Positions 48,744 through 53,993 of a stretch of 53,993 nucleotides of DNA are shown here, in pieces. The position numbers and the translations under genes are program-made. The DNA is from an uncultured Bacteroidota bacterium (lineage in GTDB: Bacteria > Bacteroidota > Bacteroidia > Bacteroidales > DTGW01). Each line of letters starts with the position of its first letter. Position 1 is the first letter of the stretch. A model generated the notes under the pieces. That model did not search any database and was not told where the DNA came from. It was given only the letters and a program-made list of their open reading frames with translations. The stretch lies in assembly GCA_963726845.1 (NCBI GenBank), contig CAVSGB010000263.1, forward strand, positions 1-53,993, in the 5' to 3' direction.

Positions 48744-49736
48744 ATGAAAAAAATTATAATTAATATAGGAATAAGCATTTGTTTTTGTTGTGGTGTTTAT
48801 AGCCAATCAAGTGATTCTACTAAATATTCGGAAAAAAACATATCGCAAAGCGATACCATGCACAGGGAAATACTGGGAGACCGTCCAACAGTTGAAAAAA
48901 CTGGCGATACAACCAAAATCAGGTTAGGCAAGAAGGGTATTACAATTGTTGAGAAAAATGGAAAGACAACTGTAAATATTGACAAAAATGATAATTCTTC
49001 AAATCATAAGAACCAGGAAGACAATGATGAGTTTTACAGTAATAAAAAGGATTATTTTGACAAAGACGATTGGAACCACGAAAGAAATAATTCAAGAAAA
49101 TTCAGGCCTCATTATGCCGGGTTCGAGATTTTCTTAAATAACTTTTTAGACAAGAAAAACAGTTTATCAAGAAATTCAAGTAATGAGTTCATGGACTTAA
49201 ATACAGGAGCTTCTTGGGCTGTGAATATCAACTTCTTTGATTATGGATTCCCATTTTCTCAAAATATTGGATTGGTTACAGGGCTTGGCATGGAAATTAA
49301 CAGCTACCATTTCAATAACAACAATAACATTATGAAAGATTCCATTACGAATGTAATTGTTGCAAAACCAGCACCTGTAGGAGTTGTGTACGAAACATCT
49401 AAATTTGGGGATACATATATTAACGTTCCTTTACTACTTGAAATCCAGTTTCCTATTGGACAAAAAGGTAAACCTATATATTTTTCAGGAGGTGTTCTCT
49501 TGGGCGCAAAAATAAGTTCAACTTCAAAAGAAATATATAGTTTGGATGGACATGAACATACAAATCGAATTCATAATGATTTCAACTTATCGCCTTTAAG
49601 ATATGGCATACAGGGTAGGATAGGGTACAGGGCAATAAATTTGTTTGCCACATATTATCCAACCCCTCTTTTTGTCAGCAACAAAGGGCCGGAATTATAT
49701 CCTTTTAATGTCGGGATAGTTTTAATTCCTTTCTAA
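48744..49736 (+). CDS. Outer-membrane beta-barrel protein
   Basis: Signal peptide, YINVPLLLE and RYGIQGRIGY strands, C-terminal F. Confidence 0.78.
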   Translation: MKKIIINIGISICFCCGVYSQSSDSTKYSEKNISQSDTMHREILGDRPTVEKTGDTTKIRLGKKGITIVEKNGKTTVNIDKNDNSSNHKNQEDNDEFYSNKKDYFDKDDWNHERNNSRKFRPHYAGFEIFLNNFLDKKNSLSRNSSNEFMDLNTGASWAVNINFFDYGFPFSQNIGLVTGLGMEINSYHFNNNNNIMKDSITNVIVAKPAPVGVVYETSKFGDTYINVPLLLEIQFPIGQKGKPIYFSGGVLLGAKISSTSKEIYSLDGHEHTNRIHNDFNLSPLRYGIQGRIGYRAINLFATYYPTPLFVSNKGPELYPFNVGIVLIPF

Positions 49737-49761
49737 TATTGGTTTTACGGTTAATTGGTAG

Positions 49762-49795
49762 AAGCCGTCTCAAAATTAAAATGAGACGGCTTTTT
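49762..49795. terminator. Terminator between convergent genes
   Basis: AAGCCGTCTCA-aaattaaaa-TGAGACGGCTT followed by T-tract. Confidence 0.8.
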
Positions 49796-49801
49796 AAATT
49801 T

Positions 49802-52366
49802 TTATCGAACTACTAATATTTTTTTGATATAAGTGTTATTGCCGGTATTTACTTTTATAAGATAAAGTCCGGAAACGAGGGTTGGAATATCGATTGTAAA
49901 AGGTGAAGATTGAATTGAAAACATTACTTTTTTTGATAAAACCAATTGGCCAAGTTGTGTAAAGATTTCAACGTTCTCTTCAGATGCTCCTTCTACGTAA
50001 ATTGCAAAATTAAAAGTTCCTTTATTCGGGTTTGGGTAAATTTCAATATTGTTGCTATATAAATCCAGGATACAATTACCGGAAGCACCATTATATCCGT
50101 CAAGCTGGAGCCAATATGTTTTACCAGGGGTCACATTTACTTTTTCTAAATATGCAGTAAGATCAGTTTCAGAACGGTTATCATTTGCTGCAACGATGGT
50201 ATATAATGAAGAATTTCCGGAAAAAATATCATAAACCGACGCAGCTTCATAAATAGCAATCCTGTCATTGAACCCGCGTGTATCAATAGTAATTAGTCCA
50301 TTTGGAGGTCCAATAAAAGTAAACCAAATGGTATTATTAGGGGCAGGCCCAGGGCACCAACTGTCATTGCTTGTACATTCTGTTGTTACAGGGCTGGGTT
50401 CTGAAACCTCTACTGTAGCACAAATATTTGAATACGGCCCATTTTCTCCTAACTTAAGTGCAAATGAATTTGCAATATCATCATTTATTGGTAAGATAAT
50501 ATTGAAATTAACGCTATCTGATGCAGTGCAATTACCTTGTTCACCAATCACTTTTAATAAAGCTTTAAAAGAACCTTCTTTTTTGATATCAGACTTTAAA
50601 GTAAGTTTTATAGTATCAAAATTAGTAAGAGAATCAAACTTTTGTGAAGGATAAATGCTGAAAGCATATTTAGATGCTCCAGTAGCTATAATAGGTAATT
50701 GTTGAAACAGATACCCGCAAACAGAGGTATCGTCAGAAAAATTTTGAAATTTTACATCAAGATTTCCTGCAATAATGCAATTACTACGCGTAATCGAATC
50801 TGAACCGTTTGAATTGGTTGCAGTAAGGGTTACTGAATACGGACCTTCTTTTAAAAAAATAATTTGTGGGTTTTGAGAAGTGCTATCTGTACCATTGACA
50901 AATTCGTAAGTAGAAGGATATGCAGACCAACGCCATATATTAGGTTTTAACTGCGACTTATCATAAAATTGAACAGGTGTCGCTAAACAAACTTTAATCA
51001 GGGGTGTATTGAATTCAGCAATTGGTGCGTTTTTGCTATCAATTCCGTCTATTACAGGAACTCCTGTTTTATCTGGATCAAGCCAGATTGCAAGTTGCTG
51101 CAGGCTATTGGAGCTGCTATTCATCGATAAATTAAATTTCCCAAAATAGAAATACGGTGAATTTCCACCATGACACTGACCAATAATTCTTTTGTTCATA
51201 TTAAATAAAGGAGAGCCTGACGAACCTCCTTCAATAGTGCCTACAGTGAAATCGGCCTGCCAATGCGTGTTAATTGCAGATGTGCTTACAAAATTACCAC
51301 TTTCGTCCTGCCAATTTATTGATTGGGAATTACTTGTAAGGCGGGTATAATCTAAGGCAATACATTTTGACCTGCCTCCTGGCTGATGGATACAAACGGC
51401 ACTATCTGGAATATTTCCACTTCTATCCCATCCGGCAAAATAGGCATTATATGTGGACGGAGGATCCTGGAAAAGAAGAGTTAAACAAAAATCGCTTGTT
51501 GAATTGGAAGAAACCAAAGTGGCCCCGGATAAAGTTTGCCATGGCTTAATTGAAGTTGTATCACCACAACTTTTAGCTTCAAAATTAAAGTAAAAAACCA
51601 TTGTATTGGCTACAACATTTGAACTAACACAATGATTTGCTGTAAGAAAATAGGGCTTTTCATCGTTTTTAGTATTATTTATCAATGAACCTGAACAAAA
51701 ATACCCTATAAGATTATCTACAAATGTAATCCTGCAAACAGCGCGTTTTTGTACCTGCCAATTTGCACCATCCGGGCAGTTAATTCCATAATCTGTTGTA
51801 CTTGAGAGAATAGTAAAAATGTTCCTGTAGGACTGCAGTATATAACCTATGAATAATTCTCCTGAAAATTCAGGATTTAATGGCTCAAAATATTCAATTG
51901 TTGCATTGTTTCCTTGAAATTCTTCTATAGGTAATTGATTTAATGAATTATTGTTCAAACAAGTAAATGCACCAATTACTTCAGAATGGTCATCATTGTA
52001 AATAAATAAACTGGAGCCTAATGGTAATTTGAATTTACTAAAATGAATTCCTAAAGAATATGATACCGGAGATTGCAACCTAAATTGCCAGATACATCCT
52101 TTTCCTGCAATTGTAGTCTTAACTCCTTCACTCTTAATGTCTATGCTTAACTCATTGGCTATAGCATATCTATTTGTAATTCCATTATTGAAATCTTCAG
52201 CCCTTAGTTTTGCAGTATCTAAAAATTCAAGCGTTTTAAAGGGCAAGACAACTGCTTCTTTATTTTTAAGCTGAAAACTTTCAGGAATTCCAGGAACAGA
52301 AATCTGAGAATTAACCTTGTAAAAAGTAAAAACTAAAATTACTGGTATAAAACACTTTAAGTTCAT
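49802..52366 (-). CDS. T9SS-secreted lysyl-endopeptidase-like serine protease with PKD domain
   Basis: CSGSLINN, LTANHC, SDFCL and GSSGSP catalytic triad; PKD (GPYSVTLTATNSNG); CTD IYPNPN..GLYLIKV..KKILV. Confidence 0.88.
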   Translation of the reverse strand: MNLKCFIPVILVFTFYKVNSQISVPGIPESFQLKNKEAVVLPFKTLEFLDTAKLRAEDFNNGITNRYAIANELSIDIKSEGVKTTIAGKGCIWQFRLQSPVSYSLGIHFSKFKLPLGSSLFIYNDDHSEVIGAFTCLNNNSLNQLPIEEFQGNNATIEYFEPLNPEFSGELFIGYILQSYRNIFTILSSTTDYGINCPDGANWQVQKRAVCRITFVDNLIGYFCSGSLINNTKNDEKPYFLTANHCVSSNVVANTMVFYFNFEAKSCGDTTSIKPWQTLSGATLVSSNSTSDFCLTLLFQDPPSTYNAYFAGWDRSGNIPDSAVCIHQPGGRSKCIALDYTRLTSNSQSINWQDESGNFVSTSAINTHWQADFTVGTIEGGSSGSPLFNMNKRIIGQCHGGNSPYFYFGKFNLSMNSSSNSLQQLAIWLDPDKTGVPVIDGIDSKNAPIAEFNTPLIKVCLATPVQFYDKSQLKPNIWRWSAYPSTYEFVNGTDSTSQNPQIIFLKEGPYSVTLTATNSNGSDSITRSNCIIAGNLDVKFQNFSDDTSVCGYLFQQLPIIATGASKYAFSIYPSQKFDSLTNFDTIKLTLKSDIKKEGSFKALLKVIGEQGNCTASDSVNFNIILPINDDIANSFALKLGENGPYSNICATVEVSEPSPVTTECTSNDSWCPGPAPNNTIWFTFIGPPNGLITIDTRGFNDRIAIYEAASVYDIFSGNSSLYTIVAANDNRSETDLTAYLEKVNVTPGKTYWLQLDGYNGASGNCILDLYSNNIEIYPNPNKGTFNFAIYVEGASEENVEIFTQLGQLVLSKKVMFSIQSSPFTIDIPTLVSGLYLIKVNTGNNTYIKKILVVR

Positions 52367-52412
52367 TAATTATAACATTTGTGGCAAAATAACGAAAATG
52401 CTTGCTAAACAA

Positions 52413-53138
52413 TTAATCAAAAACTTCTTTCAATATCTGCAGCGATTTAATATTTCCCATACCTGAAATATGAAGCTTGTAAAATTCAATCAATTTCTCG
52501 AGAAAATAATGACGTAGTTGTCTCGAAAGACTTATTGAATCTGCTTCATCAAAACTTTTTTCGATCAATGTTGCGAATATAGCACTTTCTTCCTTATGGA
52601 TAAAATATCCGTGTATCGGCACTTCTTGTTCAAAACATCCATTTAACAAATTAAAAAGCTTATTGGTTTCTGAATAATTGTTAAAAGGGAAAAATCCTAA
52701 ATGTTTAGACAATTGGATTAAAAAAACCATGTGGAAATTTGCTATATTTTTTGTCTCCAAATCGAGAAGCTGCAAACTGTTTAATAAAAAACTGAATAAG
52801 ATTGGATTGGGCTCTTGTTCGCGTAAAGTACGATATAAAACCTCAGCAATAAAAACAGCTATAGAATTTTTAATAGGTTGAAAAGGAATATGCAAATATA
52901 CAGGGTTATTTCTGGCTTCTTTTAGATTATGAAGGTCATGGTTTTTTTTGCTGTAAACCTCCATTTCAAGAAGGTTGAGTGGATAAAATTGATTTGCATT
53001 AATTGAAGCTTTCCTGCTATAAGCACCTTTAACAAGATATGTCTGGCGGCCAAACTGTTCCGTATAAGTATGCGCAATAAGACTGGTATCGCCATATTTA
53101 ATTGTATGCAATACTATGCCCCTGGTTTTAGAAAGCAT
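52413..53138 (-). CDS. recO: DNA repair protein RecO
   Basis: MLSKTRGIVLHTIKYGDTSLI..YTEQFG, LGFFP, KSLQILKEVF. True start probably ATG 53138. Confidence 0.92.
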   Translation of the reverse strand: MLSKTRGIVLHTIKYGDTSLIAHTYTEQFGRQTYLVKGAYSRKASINANQFYPLNLLEMEVYSKKNHDLHNLKEARNNPVYLHIPFQPIKNSIAVFIAEVLYRTLREQEPNPILFSFLLNSLQLLDLETKNIANFHMVFLIQLSKHLGFFPFNNYSETNKLFNLLNGCFEQEVPIHGYFIHKEESAIFATLIEKSFDEADSISLSRQLRHYFLEKLIEFYKLHISGMGNIKSLQILKEVFD

Positions 53139-53358
53139 TATTGGGATTAAAATTATAATGCAAAATAACGATTTTTCAATCAATATTGAATATTTTATAG
53201 TTAACCCAATTATAACTAAAGAAAAATATTTTGACACTTTTTTATTGGACAAATCTTGAGTTTGAATCTGACTCTCACAACAAATCCATTGAAGGAAATA
53301 GTTAATAAAATAATCTTTAATGCACAGAATAAAAACGATAGAACTATTTAAAATTAAT

Positions 53359-53496
53359 TAGGTTCGATAAATTATTTATGGCTAAAGCCCTTTTTTTAAT
53401 TGCTCTTTACTAACCCCAAGCATAAGCCTGGGGCTAATCATCATGTTGATATCTTGAACTTAAGTCCTAAACATCTTTTCTTACCCCGAACCGAGC
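53359..53496 (-). mobile_element. MITE/REP-like element, copy 2
   Basis: Reverse complement aligns end to end with 24065-24204 (GTTCG..TAAGAAAAGA.GTTTAGGACT.AAGT.CAA.ATATCAAC.TGATGA..CTTGGGGTT..CTTTAGC..). Confidence 0.7.
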
Positions 53497-53523
53497 TTAA
53501 ATTTGGGCTATCAACACGGTTAA

Positions 53524-53993
53524 TCAGTTAAGCTGTTTTATCGCTTTTTGGAGGATATTATCAAGGCTGATTTGGTATTCGAGTGCTTTCTGCTCGCCAA
53601 AAAGTGGTGTAAATTCGCGATAAACGTAATTTTTAATGTCAGTTTGCCAATCGAGGTAAGAAAGTGTGGTAATTCGTCCTTCCTGCCTTCTTTCAAAAAG
53701 GCGGTTAACGATATTAACTTTTGAAAGGTAGGCCATGTATGCTTTAATTGATATATGCAATTCGTTCGATAAAAGATTTTCAATAAGTTTGATCTCATGC
53801 GGCATAATCTCAGAAGTAGATTCGTAAAGATTATTAAAATTATTGTCCCAGTTCAGATAATTAATAAGATAATTAACTGTTTTAAATACTTCTTTGTTGT
53901 CGTCCTGGTCGATTGTTTTTAGAAAAATTTCCCTCATTTCTCCCAAGTATGCAACTTTTATATGATTATCGATAATTTTTGTGATTTCCGTAG
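53524..53993 (-). CDS. Hypothetical protein, 5' end outside the window
   Basis: Frame stays open from the stop at 53524 to the window edge; family not recognised. Confidence 0.55.
   Translation of the reverse strand, partial: TEITKIIDNHIKVAYLGEMREIFLKTIDQDDNKEVFKTVNYLINYLNWDNNFNNLYESTSEIMPHEIKLIENLLSNELHISIKAYMAYLSKVNIVNRLFERRQEGRITTLSYLDWQTDIKNYVYREFTPLFGEQKALEYQISLDNILQKAIKQLN

Overview
AT-rich chromosomal window from a Bacteroidota bacterium, probably Bacteroidales (T9SS C-terminal domains, TAnnTTTG-type promoters, dut-TPR-envC and ybeY-mnmG gene order). About 1-13.4 kb is an accessory/defence region. It holds an IS5/ISNCY-like element with TIRs and two ~135-bp attC-like hairpin repeats bracketing a zeta-like toxin-antitoxin cassette. 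An IS110 element with a ~290-bp non-coding end sits at the GTT end of the second repeat. Next come an XRE + Type III R-M module flanked by a second family of covarying hairpins, a truncated Type I hsdR, an orphan siaC-like gene, and a decayed BtrH_N-like gene followed by a third, degenerate attC-like copy. 13.5-18 kb is a cluster of redox enzymes. 18.7-26 kb is a YfiR / TonB-dependent receptor / lipoprotein / CHASE8-like HAMP histidine kinase / REC / REC-PP2C signalling locus. 26-54 kb is core genome (hemW, rrf2, rpiB, nadA, ruvB, pheS, dut, envC, ybeY, mnmG, uvrC, ispB, polA, recO) with an oriC candidate between rpiB and nadA, a perfect parS after mnmG, an ECF sigma/anti-sigma/OMP locus with a duplicated promoter motif, and a T9SS serine protease. 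Many genes, including ruvB and polA, are split by small indels that look like long-read errors. All calls come from motif recognition by eye; no searches were run.
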